A stretch of DNA of 64,000 nucleotides from an uncultured Pseudomonadota bacterium (GTDB lineage Bacteria > Pseudomonadota > Alphaproteobacteria > JACZXZ01). The notes below the pieces were generated by a model. It did not search any database and was not told the DNA's origin. It saw only the letters and a program-made list of their open reading frames with translations. Both the position numbers and the translations under genes were made by a program. How positions within the stretch are numbered: the first letter of the stretch is position 1; each line of letters begins with the position of its first letter. The stretch is from positions 192,001-256,000 of the forward strand of contig CAVVLJ010000004.1 in NCBI GenBank assembly GCA_963749075.1, given 5' to 3'. This document shows positions 18,244 through 28,490 of the stretch, piece by piece.

Positions 18244-20454
18244 CTAGACCGCCCCATCGTCGTCCGCGGGCGTGCGGCCGAGGGCGGCGAAGAGCGGGCC
18301 CAGATGCTTGCGATAGTGCTTCCAGCGCCCGACCGAGCTCGCGTAGATCGGCTGGCGCACCTGCCAATAGCTCGCCGTGCGCACCGTGCGCTCGGTCGCG
18401 AAGAAGCGCAGCACGCGCTCGTCCCACGCGAGCCCGCAATAGTCGAGGAGGCGCCGGCTCCAGGGCTCGGGATCGCCGACGAGCGCCTCGTAGGGCACCT
18501 CGAGCATGGGCCGCGGCAGCACGCTCCGCCAGTGGGCCATCAGGCGCTCGTATTGGCGGTAGTATTTGCCGAGGCGGTCGAGCTCGTAGACGAAGGGCTG
18601 CGCATCCCGGAAATCCTGGAAGTAGCACGAGAGACAGGTGTCGAAGGGATCGCGCACCGCGTGGATGATGCGCGCGCGCGGCAAGAGGAGTGCCAGGAGG
18701 CCGATGCGCAGGAAATTGGACGGCAGCTTGTCGGTGACGCGCAACACCTCGCCCGCACCGTGGCCGGCGGCCTCGAGATAGCGCCCGGCGAGGAGCGCTG
18801 CCGAGCTGCGCTCGAGGAGGTGCACCGCCTCGGGATAGCCCTTGCCGGCCTGCCGTGCTGCGGGAAGCGAGGCTAGCCCGTCGACGAGGACGCGGCTCGC
18901 CGCGAGCTCGCCCGAGCCGTGCACCATGGCATGGCTCGCCAGTATCTGCTCGATGAGCGTGGTGCCCGAGCGCGGCATGCCGAGCACGAAGATGGGCCGC
19001 TCCGAGGGCGACCCGAAGGCCTCGTCGCGCGCGAAGAGATCGCGGTCGAAGACCCGCATGAGCGCCTCCACGTGGCGCACCATGGCCGCGTGGTCGTAGC
19101 CGTGCTCGGCCGCGCGCACGGCGTTCCCCTCGCGATAGTCGGCAAAGGCGGCGTCGTAGTCGCCGGCCTCGTCCGCGAGGCGGCCGAGCGCAAAGTGGAG
19201 ACTGGCGCGCTCGTGCGGCGTGAGCCGGCGCGCGGCGAGCGCCTCGCTGAGGCGCGAGCGCTCCGCCTCGGTCGGCTCGACGCCGCGCAGGTTGGCGAGG
19301 TGGACGAGTGCCGAGGGGAACTGCGGATCGCGCTCGAGCGCGCGGCGGAAGGCGGCCGCCGCCTCCTCGAACCGCCCGAGCTCCTGCAGGCAGATGCCGA
19401 GCGCGCCGTAGCCGTCGGGCAGGCTCGCGTCGAGGGCGATCGCCCGCTCCGCCTCGGCCATCGCCTCCTCCCCCGCACCGCGCGCGCGCAGCACCAGGCT
19501 GAGGCCGCTATGGGCGAGCACGGCGCGCGGCTCGGCCGCGATCGCCGAGCGGTAGTGCGCCTCGGCCTCGCCGTAGCGCCCGAGGCTCTCGCACACGCTA
19601 CCTGCGTTGATCATGGCCTGGATCAGGCCCGCGTCGGCGGCGAGCGCCTCGCGATAGGACATCAGCGCCGCCTCGAGGCGGGCGAGCTCGCGGAAGGCAT
19701 TGCCGAGATTGTAATGGAGGAGTGCGGCCTTGGGGGCCACTTCCAGGCCCTTGCGGTAGGCGGCGATCGCCCGCTCGGCCTCGCCCAGCTTGACGAGCAG
19801 GTTGCCGAGCGCCGCATGCGCCTCGACGAGGCCCGGCTCGAGCGCCACGGCACGCTCGAGATGGGGCAGTGCTGCGGCGAAGTAGGCGCCGGCGGCAAGG
19901 CAGATGCCGAGATTGAGATGCGCCCCGGCGAAATTGGGGACCAGCGCCAGCGCCTCGCGATAGCGCGCGGCCGCGGCGTCGCGCTCGCCTTGCTCCTGGA
20001 GGATGGCCGCCAGATTGAACAAAGCCTGAACGAATCTTGGATCGAGGCGGATGGCCGCCTCGAAGGCGGCGCGCGCCTCGCCGGACCGGCCTAACGTGCG
20101 CAGGGCAAGCCCGGCGAGGAAATGGGCGGCCGGGAAATCCGGCTGGGCCGCGGCGGCGGCGCGGAAAGAGGCCAGCGCCGCCTCGGGCTGGCCGAGCTGG
20201 AGGCGGGCCTGGCCCAGGGTGGCGTGGAAGATGGCGTTCCTGCCGTCGAGCGCTATGGCGCGCTCGATGGCCGCTGCCGCCGCCTGCGGCCGCCCGAGCT
20301 GGAGAGCGACCCCGCCCAGCATGTGGAGTGCTGCCGCATGGTCGGGCTCGGCCGCGAGAATGGCACGGTAGAGGGACTCGGCCTCGGCGAGCCGTCCCGC
20401 CCGCTGGTGCTCGACGGCGGCCGCGAAGCCCGCAGGAATCTCGCTTGTCTCCAT
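18244..20454 (-). CDS. TPR-repeat sulfotransferase
   Basis: Many TPRs, then PAPS motif GMPRSGTTL, DKLPSNF, RDPFDTCLS, VRTAS.WQVRQPIY. Confidence 0.92.
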   Translation of the reverse strand: METSEIPAGFAAAVEHQRAGRLAEAESLYRAILAAEPDHAAALHMLGGVALQLGRPQAAAAAIERAIALDGRNAIFHATLGQARLQLGQPEAALASFRAAAAAQPDFPAAHFLAGLALRTLGRSGEARAAFEAAIRLDPRFVQALFNLAAILQEQGERDAAAARYREALALVPNFAGAHLNLGICLAAGAYFAAALPHLERAVALEPGLVEAHAALGNLLVKLGEAERAIAAYRKGLEVAPKAALLHYNLGNAFRELARLEAALMSYREALAADAGLIQAMINAGSVCESLGRYGEAEAHYRSAIAAEPRAVLAHSGLSLVLRARGAGEEAMAEAERAIALDASLPDGYGALGICLQELGRFEEAAAAFRRALERDPQFPSALVHLANLRGVEPTEAERSRLSEALAARRLTPHERASLHFALGRLADEAGDYDAAFADYREGNAVRAAEHGYDHAAMVRHVEALMRVFDRDLFARDEAFGSPSERPIFVLGMPRSGTTLIEQILASHAMVHGSGELAASRVLVDGLASLPAARQAGKGYPEAVHLLERSSAALLAGRYLEAAGHGAGEVLRVTDKLPSNFLRIGLLALLLPRARIIHAVRDPFDTCLSCYFQDFRDAQPFVYELDRLGKYYRQYERLMAHWRSVLPRPMLEVPYEALVGDPEPWSRRLLDYCGLAWDERVLRFFATERTVRTASYWQVRQPIYASSVGRWKHYRKHLGPLFAALGRTPADDDGAV

Positions 20455-20859
20455 TCGTGCCCGCCGCCCGAGCGGCCTCCCGTGCGTCCGATCGCAATAT
20501 TGCCCTATGTCCGAGGCCATGCCCTTGCCGGGCACGGCGCCCGGCCGCTCAGGTGCGGCCGGAGAGAGTGGCATATCACGCCTTCCCGTCCCGGGTTAAG
20601 GCCCTCGCGGCGGGCGCCGGGCCTCGACCTCGGCCGTTCGGCGGCACCTCGGGCCGCCCTCCGCGATGGCATTAACTGCCTGTGCTGGCCGCAAGATTGG
20701 CACCGTGGCAAAAAAGTCACGGGTGGGGGGTTTGTGGCCCGATTGCGGCTGAATTGCGTTGACTGGAAACGCCTGAGCCGTCAGAAACATCATGTCTCGG
20801 CTCGCCATGCGCCGAGCCATGCCTAGGCACCCGAGCCTAAAAAATCGAGAGGAGGTTCC

Positions 20860-22405
20860 ATGTTCAATAAGTCTCTGCGAACGGCCCTGCTGGGTTCCGG
20901 CGCTGCCTTCGCGATGATGGCGGGTCCGGCGCTCGCGGGTCAGGCGGACGACTTGCAGGCGCAGATCGACTCGCTTCAGTCTCGGCTCGACCAGCTCGAG
21001 AAGCAGAAGGCGTCGGTCCCGACCACGCAGGCCGCCGCCCCCGCCGACGCGGTGATCGGCGGCGACTTCCCCGGCTCCTTCAAGCTGCCGGGCTCCGACA
21101 CCTCGGTGGCGATCCACGGTTATGTGAAGGCCGACTTCATTTACGACTTCGACGAGAACCTGGGCGACACGTTCACGAATACCGGCATCACCGGGAGCCA
21201 TACGCCGCAGCAGCACCAGGGCGGCAATTTCCACTTCGGCTCCCGCCAGTCGCGCTTCAACATCGAGACGCGCACGCCGACCGATTGGGGTCAGCTGAAG
21301 ACCTTCATCGAGATGGACTTCTACGGCGGCACCGTGAACAACAACAACACGGTCGGCGGCGGCGGCAACACCTCGAACCCGCCCCGCATGCGTCACGCCT
21401 ATGGCCAGTTGGGCCCGGTTCTCGCCGGCCAGACCTGGTCGAACTTCAATGACCTGGACGACACGCCCGAGACGCTCGACTTCAACGGCGGTCAGCAGCA
21501 GTCGGGCGGCACGCGCCAGACTCAGGTGCGCTACACCTTGCCGGTGGGCAACTGGACGCTGTCGTTCGCGGCGGAGAATCCCAACCCGCGCATCTCCAGC
21601 GGCAATACCATCTCGACGTTCGAGCGGGTTTGCCACGTTCGTCGCGAACCCGGTCACCGCCGGGACGTCGCCCACGTTGGGCAACAACGCCAACGACATG
21701 CCGGACCTCACGGGCCACATCGAATACAAGGACGTGTGGGGCGACGTGAACTTGGCCGGCGTGGTGCGCCACTTCAACCTCAATACCGGTGGCAATGCCG
21801 GCAACACGACGGGCGCTGGCGTCAACTGTCAGGGCTCTTCGGCCGCCGCCGGCGCAGCCGGGGTGGGTTGCTTGATCAACACGACGGCCAGCACCTTCGC
21901 CGGCGGCCTCATCTTGGGCGGCCAGTGGAAGATCGGACAAGTGCTGGGCGGTCCCTTCGCCATGGACACGCTCGCGGCGACGGGAAGCTGGGGCCCCGGC
22001 ATCAACCGGTACTTCGACACCGGTGCTACGCCGGCCTTCGACGGCAAGGACGTCTATACGCTCAACGCTGCCGGCACGGCCATCAGCGCCTCGATCAAGA
22101 CGATCACGCAGACGGGCGGCACCATCAACTTCCAGCACTGGTGGACGCCCAACGTCCGCACGAACTTGATGTACGGCATCAGCACCTGGGACTTCGGCGG
22201 CATCCCCTACGCCGCCTCGGAGATCAGGCACGTGCAGACGGCCTACATCAACTTGATCTGGAGCCCGGTCAAGGCGGTCAACATCGGCCTCGAGTTCATG
22301 TATGGCCAGCTCAACTTCCGTCATGAGGGCGGCACTCCGGCCCTCGCGGGCGGCAACTCGGGCGACGCCAAGCGTCTCATGGCCAGCATGCAATACGTGT
22401 TCTAA
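20860..22405 (+). CDS. DcaP-family outer-membrane porin with one frameshift near 21619
   Basis: Signal peptide plus coiled coil, GSFKLPGSDT, RQSRF, FIEMDF, RMRHAY, GQTWSNF, C-terminal QYVF; GGAGG RBS. Confidence 0.88.
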
Positions 22406-22440
22406 ATCGGGACTCAACACCGATCCGAGTTCGCGACTGG

Positions 22441-22472
22441 GGCGGCGCTGCGCAAGCAGCGCCGCCTTTCTC
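22441..22472 (+). terminator. Rho-independent terminator after the porin gene
   Basis: GGCGGCGCTGC-GCAA-GCAGCGCCGCC followed by TTTCT. Confidence 0.75.
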
Positions 22473-22543
22473 ATGTGCGGGCGGCGCGCTATGCTGCTAG
22501 TATCTCGATCCGAGAGGTGCCTAGGCATCATTGATGCGCAGTA

Positions 22544-22645
22544 CACCCCCCTCCCTAACCCTCCCCCTCAAGGGGGGAGGGGAGATGCATGGCAAGACCA
22601 CAAAATACCCCCTCCCCCTCGAGGGGGGAGGGTGGGGAGGGGGTG
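22544..22645. repeat. Family B C/G-tract palindromic doublet, copy 1
   Basis: CACCCCCCTCCCTAACCCTCCCCCTCAAGGGGGGAGGG...CCCTCCCCCTCGAGGGGGGAGGGTGGGGAGGGGGTG. Confidence 0.92.
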
Positions 22646-22733
22646 ACACACGCTTCAACGATGATGAGCATTAGCGATCTTGTGCCGTGTCGGCGCGCAC
22701 CGCCGGACGGCGGCCGAAAGGGAGACGTTCGCG

Positions 22734-23435
22734 ATGGAGGTCATATTCCGCTGCCCGCCCGCGCTCGAGCCGGTGCTGCCGCGGCCCTATGCCGCCGTCG
22801 AGGCGCTGCCCGAGTGGTTCAAGAGCATGCCGCTCAAGGCCCACAGCGCGCTCCTCGGGACGGACGAGTGGACCGTCAAGCGCTGTCCGCCCTTCATCGA
22901 CGCCATGACCTACGGCTTCATGATGCCGCTCGCCGCGGACATCTCCTATAAGGACGGCGCCTTCAGCTGGGACTGGGAGATCGCCGGCACGCCCTTGAGC
23001 GCGCACACGCGAAGCCCCATCGATTTCCACGACAGCGCCCAAGCGGTCGGCAGCCCGTTCTTCGAGGAGGATTCCTTCCTCGTCAAGTTCAACGGCTTCT
23101 GGACGATCGAGCTGCCGCCGGGCCACTCGCTGCTCGTGACCCATCCCATCAATCGCGCCGATCTGCCGTTCCTGACCCTGACCGGTCTCGTCGACGTCGA
23201 CCGCTACAAGGACAACTTCGTCAACTTCCCGGCGGCCTGGATCAAGAAGGACTTCGAGGGCGTGGTGGCGAAGGGAACGCCGGTGGCGCAATGCATCCCG
23301 GTCCAGCGCGAGAACTGGAGCTTGCGCTGCGAGACGCTCTCCGAGGCGGCGCTGCAGCGCCAAGCCGAGCTCCATCTGTCCATCCTCGGCGAGCCCGGCG
23401 TCTATCGCAAGCACTTCCGCTCGGCAAAGCGTTAG
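22734..23435 (+). CDS. Uncharacterised protein (DUF6065-like, possible dUTPase-like beta fold)
   Basis: TVKRCPPFIDAM, PPGHSLLVTHPINR, VNFP, KGTPVAQCIP; GGGAG RBS; family assignment from memory only. Confidence 0.7.
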   Translation: MEVIFRCPPALEPVLPRPYAAVEALPEWFKSMPLKAHSALLGTDEWTVKRCPPFIDAMTYGFMMPLAADISYKDGAFSWDWEIAGTPLSAHTRSPIDFHDSAQAVGSPFFEEDSFLVKFNGFWTIELPPGHSLLVTHPINRADLPFLTLTGLVDVDRYKDNFVNFPAAWIKKDFEGVVAKGTPVAQCIPVQRENWSLRCETLSEAALQRQAELHLSILGEPGVYRKHFRSAKR

Positions 23436-24274
23436 CGCGGCGGAGGGAGCTTTTTGACGGCGGCGCTCGGCCGCAGCCAGAAGGTCCCCCGTGCGGCACC
23501 GATGAGGCTGTGGAGCGACTGCTTGTAGGCGCGGGGGTCGGCCGCCGCCGCGCGCCTGTAGGATTCAAGCGCCTCCTCGAGCCGCCCGGTCTCCTGCAGG
23601 CAGAAGGCGAGATCGAGGAGTGCCGCGGCATCCTCGGGCTCGCTCGCGATGAGGCGGCGGAGGATGCCGATCGGGGCCTCGTAGTTGCCCTCGTCCATCA
23701 AGGTGCGGACGATGCCCACGCGGGCCTGGCTCCACCCCGGCCGCAGGGCGAGCGCGCGCGTATAGGCGTCCCGCGCCGGGCGCGTCTCCCCCAAGTCGGT
23801 CAGCGTATCGGCGAGATTGAACCATGCCTCGCTGTCGTCCGGGGCGAGCTCGACAGCCCGTGCAAGTGCCGTCCTGGCCGCGACGATGCTGCCGCGGATG
23901 TGGAGCAGACGCCCGATTCGCGTGAAGGCGGGTGCGAAGGGCGGCTCGCGCGAGGTGGCGCGCTCGAGCCATTCGAGCGCCTCCTTCTCCTTGCCGGATT
24001 GCGCGAGCGCCGTCGCGAGGTTGGTCTCGACCGCGGGATCGGGGTTGCCCTCGGCGGCCCCTTGCAGCGGCTCGACCGCGTCGGCGGAGCGCCCGAGTGC
24101 CAAGAGAGCCAGGCCCAGAAGGTAGAGCGTGCCGCGGTCGTCCGCTGCCGCGCCGAGCGACTGGCGCGCCAGCGCCTCGGCGGCGGCCGCGTCGCCGGCC
24201 TTGAGCGCCCGCACGGCACGCCGCCGCAGCTCGGCGGCTTGCCCGGTGCCCACGCTCGGCCGCTCCGTCATCAT
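23432..24274 (-). CDS. TPR-only protein
   Basis: About 7 TPR-like repeats, no catalytic domain. Confidence 0.85.
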   Translation of the reverse strand: MMTERPSVGTGQAAELRRRAVRALKAGDAAAAEALARQSLGAAADDRGTLYLLGLALLALGRSADAVEPLQGAAEGNPDPAVETNLATALAQSGKEKEALEWLERATSREPPFAPAFTRIGRLLHIRGSIVAARTALARAVELAPDDSEAWFNLADTLTDLGETRPARDAYTRALALRPGWSQARVGIVRTLMDEGNYEAPIGILRRLIASEPEDAAALLDLAFCLQETGRLEEALESYRRAAAADPRAYKQSLHSLIGAARGTFWLRPSAAVKKLPPPR

Positions 24275-24362
24275 GCCGGCTGTCGTCTCCCGTGCGCGCG
24301 CGCGAACCTAGTCGCCGCGCCGCGGCGCTGTCAACGGAAAGCGGCCATCGGGCAGGGGAATA

Positions 24363-24509
24363 GCCTATGGCCGCCTCGCCCTTCGAGACGCGCGCTTTGC
24401 GCGCTCCTCAGGGTGAGGCGGCCCCGACGTTTTGTGGATTTCCTCATCCTGAGGAGGGCGGCAGGCCCGTCTCGAAGGATGAGGAAATCCAAGCGCCGCC
24501 ATATGCGAC
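24363..24509. repeat. Family C palindromic element (CTCATCCTGAGGAG...GTCTCGAAGG type), copy 1
   Basis: Two inverted units; perfect 15-bp IR GGATTTCCTCATCCT/AGGATGAGGAAATCC (24436-24490); near-identical to 28491-28635. Confidence 0.9.
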
Positions 24510-24606
24510 CGCCCTGGGCCGGCGGGCATGACGAAAGAGGGGGCAGGCGTTTTGGGGTATAATGCCTGGCGGAAAGACCCGTGGCCCGAACCTTCGAGCG
24601 AGCCAG

Positions 24607-26091
24607 ATGGCCGAGCCCAAAGACAGCATGCTGCCCGTGAGCGCCGAGGAGGCGGAGCGCCCGCCGCAGGCGCGCCGGCTCACCTTGCAACAGGGCTTGG
24701 AGCTCGCCTTGCGGCACCATGGCTCCGGCGACCTGCCGCGCGCCGACCGCCTCTACCGCAAGATCCTCGAGGCCGATCCCGAGCATCCCACGGCCCTGCA
24801 GATGCTCGGCGTGATCGCGCACCAGACCGGCAAGCACGCGCTGGCGGCCGAGCTCATCGCGCACTCGCTCGTGCGCAAGCCCGACGACGCCGGCGCCCAT
24901 TGCAACCTCGGGTTGGCGCTCCAGGCGCTCGGGCGGCACGAGGAGGCGGCGGCACACTACCGCGAGGCGGTCGAGCTCGAGCCTGCGCACGCGGACGCGC
25001 TCTTCAACCTGGGCAATGCGCTCGCGGAGCTCGCGCACTTCCACGAGGCCGCCGAGAGCTTTCGCCGCGTCGTCGCCCTGAGGCCGAATTCCGCCTCGGC
25101 GCACGGCAATCTCGCGACCATGCTCGCCGAGCTGGGACGGCTCGAGGATGCGGCGGCGAGCTACCGCAAGGCGTTGGCGCTGAGGCCCGATGACGCCGAG
25201 GCGCACAGCAATCTCGGCACCACGCTTGCGGGGCTGGGATCGCTCGAGGCTGCGGCGGCGAGCTACCGCAAGGCGCTCGCCCTCAAGCCGGGCTTCGCCG
25301 ATGCCTGGTTCAACCTGCACACCACCCTCTATGCGGCGGGCGACGTGGAGCCCGCGGCACACTGCCTCGAGGAGGCGCTGAGAGCCGCACCCGGCCACCT
25401 GATGAGCCGCTTCTTTCTCGGCGTGCTGCGCGACCATCAGGGTCACGCCGAGCTCGCGGCCCGCCATTTCGCGGCACTCCCTGAGGATGGCGATCTCGTC
25501 GCCTACGCGCTCGATTCGTGGCGCTACGTCAAATCCGCGGCAGGACCGCAGCCGCGTCTTCACGGCGAGACCTCGGAGGGACTGGCCCTCGGCCTCGAGG
25601 CCGCCCGCCTCGACGGCTTAGTACTGGAATTCGGCGTCCGCTTCGGCACCACGCTCAGGCAGATCGCCGCCGGCGCCGGCCAGGAGGTGCACGGCTTCGA
25701 CACCTTCCAAGGCCTGCCCGAGGCCTGGCATGACGTGCCCGCGGGCGCCTATTCCACGGAAGGGGAGCTGCCGGAAGTGCCGCCCAACGTCCGCCTTCAC
25801 GTCGGCCCCTTCGCGGAGACGCTCCCCGGCTTTCTCGAGAGCCATCGCGGGGCCGTCCGCTTCATGCACGTGGACTGCCGTCTTTACAGCTCCGCGATGG
25901 CGGTCCTCGAGCTGCTCGCGCCGCGCATCGTCCCCGGCACCGTCATCGTCTTCGCCGAGTATCTCTTCAACCGGCGCTGGCGCGAGGACGAATTCAAGGC
26001 GCTCGAAGAGGCTGCCGGCAAGTTCGGCTGGCGCTACGACTACCTCGCCGTCAGCCTCGCCGCGAAGCAGGCGGTCGTCATCATGCGGTGA
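24607..26091 (+). CDS. TPR protein with C-terminal TylF/MycF-like class I methyltransferase domain
   Basis: TPRs, then LEFGVRFG, HGFDTFQGLPE.W, GPFAETLP, HVDCRLYSS, IVFAEY. Confidence 0.88.
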   Translation: MAEPKDSMLPVSAEEAERPPQARRLTLQQGLELALRHHGSGDLPRADRLYRKILEADPEHPTALQMLGVIAHQTGKHALAAELIAHSLVRKPDDAGAHCNLGLALQALGRHEEAAAHYREAVELEPAHADALFNLGNALAELAHFHEAAESFRRVVALRPNSASAHGNLATMLAELGRLEDAAASYRKALALRPDDAEAHSNLGTTLAGLGSLEAAAASYRKALALKPGFADAWFNLHTTLYAAGDVEPAAHCLEEALRAAPGHLMSRFFLGVLRDHQGHAELAARHFAALPEDGDLVAYALDSWRYVKSAAGPQPRLHGETSEGLALGLEAARLDGLVLEFGVRFGTTLRQIAAGAGQEVHGFDTFQGLPEAWHDVPAGAYSTEGELPEVPPNVRLHVGPFAETLPGFLESHRGAVRFMHVDCRLYSSAMAVLELLAPRIVPGTVIVFAEYLFNRRWREDEFKALEEAAGKFGWRYDYLAVSLAAKQAVVIMR

Positions 26092-26153
26092 GCACGCGTG
26101 CCATGCAATCATTGATATGTAGATGACCTTCCATGCGGCATCCTTCTGCGTAG

Positions 26154-26239
26154 CGTCATGGCCGCGCTTGTCGCGGCCATCCACGTCTAATATTCGACGA
26201 CCGGGAGGCGTGGATGGCCGGCCTTCGCCGGCCATGACG
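26154..26239. repeat. Family A CGTC-tagged palindromic doublet, copy 2
   Basis: 38-bp and 34-bp arms identical to copy 1, different 14-bp spacer; lies between convergent genes. Confidence 0.92.
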
Positions 26240-26262
26240 CTTTCGCGGCACCATGCCGCTTC

Positions 26263-28395
26263 TCACGCCGGCGGACGCTCCATCCCGAGCGCTTCCATGA
26301 GCGGCCCGAGGTGCTTGGCGTAGCTGCGCCAGCGTCCGACCGAGGAGGCGTAGATCGGCTGGCGCACCTGCCAGAGGCTCGCCGTGCGCACCAGTCGCTC
26401 GCTCTCGTAGAAGGCGAGGCAGCGCTCGTCCCAGGGGAGGCCTGCTGCGGCGACGAGCCTGCGGCTCCAGGCCTCCTGCTCGGCGACGAGGGCCTCGTAA
26501 GGCACCTCGAGCATGGCGGACGGCAGCACCGCATTCCAGTGCGCCATCAGCCGCTCGTAGTCGCGGTAATAGCGGCCGAGGTGCCCGAGGTCGGAGGTGA
26601 ACGGCTGGCCGTGGGCGAACTCCTGGCAATAGCAGGAAAGACAAGTGTCGAGCGCATCGCGCACGCAATGGACGATGCGCGCTTGCGGAAAGAGGAGGGC
26701 GATCAGCCCGAGGCGCGCGAAATTGTTGGGCAGCTTGTCGGTGATGCGCGCCGCCTCGGGCGCACGCGAGGCGAGGCGGACTATCGCCTCCTCGGCGAGC
26801 GTGCGGATCGCCGCCGCATCGAGCCCGCGCACGCATTCCGGATAGACCGCCTTGCCGCCGAGCAGATTGGGCAGGCCGTGCACGATCTGGCGCATGTCGT
26901 CGAGCTCGCCCGCGCCGAAGACCTGCGGGTGGCTCGCCAGGATCTGCTCGACGAGCGTGGTGCCGGAGCGCGGCATGCCGACGATGAAGATCGGAAGCTC
27001 GGAGGCGCTGCCGAAGCCGGCCCTCTCCGCGAAGAATGCGGCGTCGAAGACCGCGATGAGGCGGTCGACGTAGGCAGTGAACTCCTCCGGCCGATAGGCC
27101 TGCTTCGACTTCTTGAGGTCGTTCGCGGTCTTGTAGGCGAGAAAGGCCGCGTCATAGTCGGCGAGGTTCTCGAGGACCTTGGCGCGCGCGAATTCGAGCG
27201 AGCTCCGCTGCTCTTGCGAGAGCGCCGGAAGCGCCAGCACGCGCTCGATCGCGCGCAAGCGCTCCACGCCGGATCCCGCCTTGCGGTCCGTCACCAGGTG
27301 ATAATGCGCGCTCGCATGGCCGGGCTCGAGTGCTAACGCCTTCTCGTGCCAGCCGACGGCCTCCTCGAAGCGTCCTTGCAGCTGATAGGAGAGCCCCATG
27401 TTGAAGTGCGCATCGGCAGAGCCGGGTGCCAAAGCGAGTGCTGCCTCGAAGCGCTGCCGCGCCGCCGCGAAATCGCCCGCTTCGAGATGGGCCAATCCGA
27501 CACCGATGAGCGCCTCGGGCCGCGCGGGCGCGAGCGTCAGCACCCGCTCGTAGGCCGCGATCGCCTCAGCTTTGCGGTGAAGCAGGCGCAGCGCCCGGCC
27601 GAGTTCGAGATGCGCGTTCGCCATCTCAGGTGCTAACCGCACCGCCTCGGCGAGCGCCAGTGCCGCGTCGTCGTAGCGCTCGAGCCCCGCCAGCACGCAG
27701 CCGATCTGGTAGTGCGCCTCGGCGATGCGGGGTGCGAGCGCTATGGCGCGGCCGAGCGCCCGATAGGCCTCGCGCAGCTCGCCCGCGAAGCGCAATGCAA
27801 TGCCGAGGTTGAGATGGAGCTCGGCGCTATCGGGCTTGAGGCGGAGGGCGGCCTCGTAGTGCCCGATCGCCTCCTTGCCGCGGCCGAGCTCGAAGAGTGC
27901 GATGCCGAGATTGAGGCGCGCATCGGCATCGTTCGCGTCGAGCCGCACGGCGGTGCCGAGCTCCTCCGCCGCCTCGGCATAGCGTCTCATGTCGAGGAGT
28001 GCCGTGCCCAGGCCGAAGCGCGCGTTCGCCATGTCGGGACGCATGGCGAGCGCCTCCCGGTGGCAGCGCACGGCGTCCTCGAGCCGCCCGAGCGCGCGGT
28101 AGGCCTCGCCGAGATTGCTGCGGTAGCTCGCCGTCCCGCCGTCGAGCGCCACCGCCTTCTCGAGGAGCGGGATCGCCGCCTCGTTGTCGCCCATCTGGTG
28201 GGAGACGAGGCCGAGGAGATGGGTGGCGTCCGCATCGCCGGGCTCGAGGACGAGCGCCTGGCGGTAGAGCGCCGACGCCTCGGAAAGCCGCCCCATCCGA
28301 TGAAGCCGCGTGGCCTGGGCGACGAGGGCGCGCGCATCGGGCGCAGCACCGCGCGCCGTCTCCCTCGCCGTGCGTCCACGCTCCTTGCGGCCCAC
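26263..28395 (-). CDS. TPR-repeat sulfotransferase (paralog 2)
   Basis: TPRs, then GMPRSGTTL, DKLPNNF, RDALDTCLS; GTG start chosen because the upstream ORF extension reads through a repeat. Confidence 0.92.
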   Translation of the reverse strand: MGRKERGRTARETARGAAPDARALVAQATRLHRMGRLSEASALYRQALVLEPGDADATHLLGLVSHQMGDNEAAIPLLEKAVALDGGTASYRSNLGEAYRALGRLEDAVRCHREALAMRPDMANARFGLGTALLDMRRYAEAAEELGTAVRLDANDADARLNLGIALFELGRGKEAIGHYEAALRLKPDSAELHLNLGIALRFAGELREAYRALGRAIALAPRIAEAHYQIGCVLAGLERYDDAALALAEAVRLAPEMANAHLELGRALRLLHRKAEAIAAYERVLTLAPARPEALIGVGLAHLEAGDFAAARQRFEAALALAPGSADAHFNMGLSYQLQGRFEEAVGWHEKALALEPGHASAHYHLVTDRKAGSGVERLRAIERVLALPALSQEQRSSLEFARAKVLENLADYDAAFLAYKTANDLKKSKQAYRPEEFTAYVDRLIAVFDAAFFAERAGFGSASELPIFIVGMPRSGTTLVEQILASHPQVFGAGELDDMRQIVHGLPNLLGGKAVYPECVRGLDAAAIRTLAEEAIVRLASRAPEAARITDKLPNNFARLGLIALLFPQARIVHCVRDALDTCLSCYCQEFAHGQPFTSDLGHLGRYYRDYERLMAHWNAVLPSAMLEVPYEALVAEQEAWSRRLVAAAGLPWDERCLAFYESERLVRTASLWQVRQPIYASSVGRWRSYAKHLGPLMEALGMERPPA

Positions 28396-28490
28396 GCTCC
28401 GCGCTCCCTTGGCAGCCACTGCCGTCGGCCGGGAGCATAGGGCCAAAGGCCGCGACTGCCAACACGAGCGCCGATTACCCCAGCGCAATC

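Noticed and set aside
20690-20760. Sigma-54 promoter for the porin
   Set aside because: TGGCAC/TGGCCC are present but there is no TTGC at the required spacing
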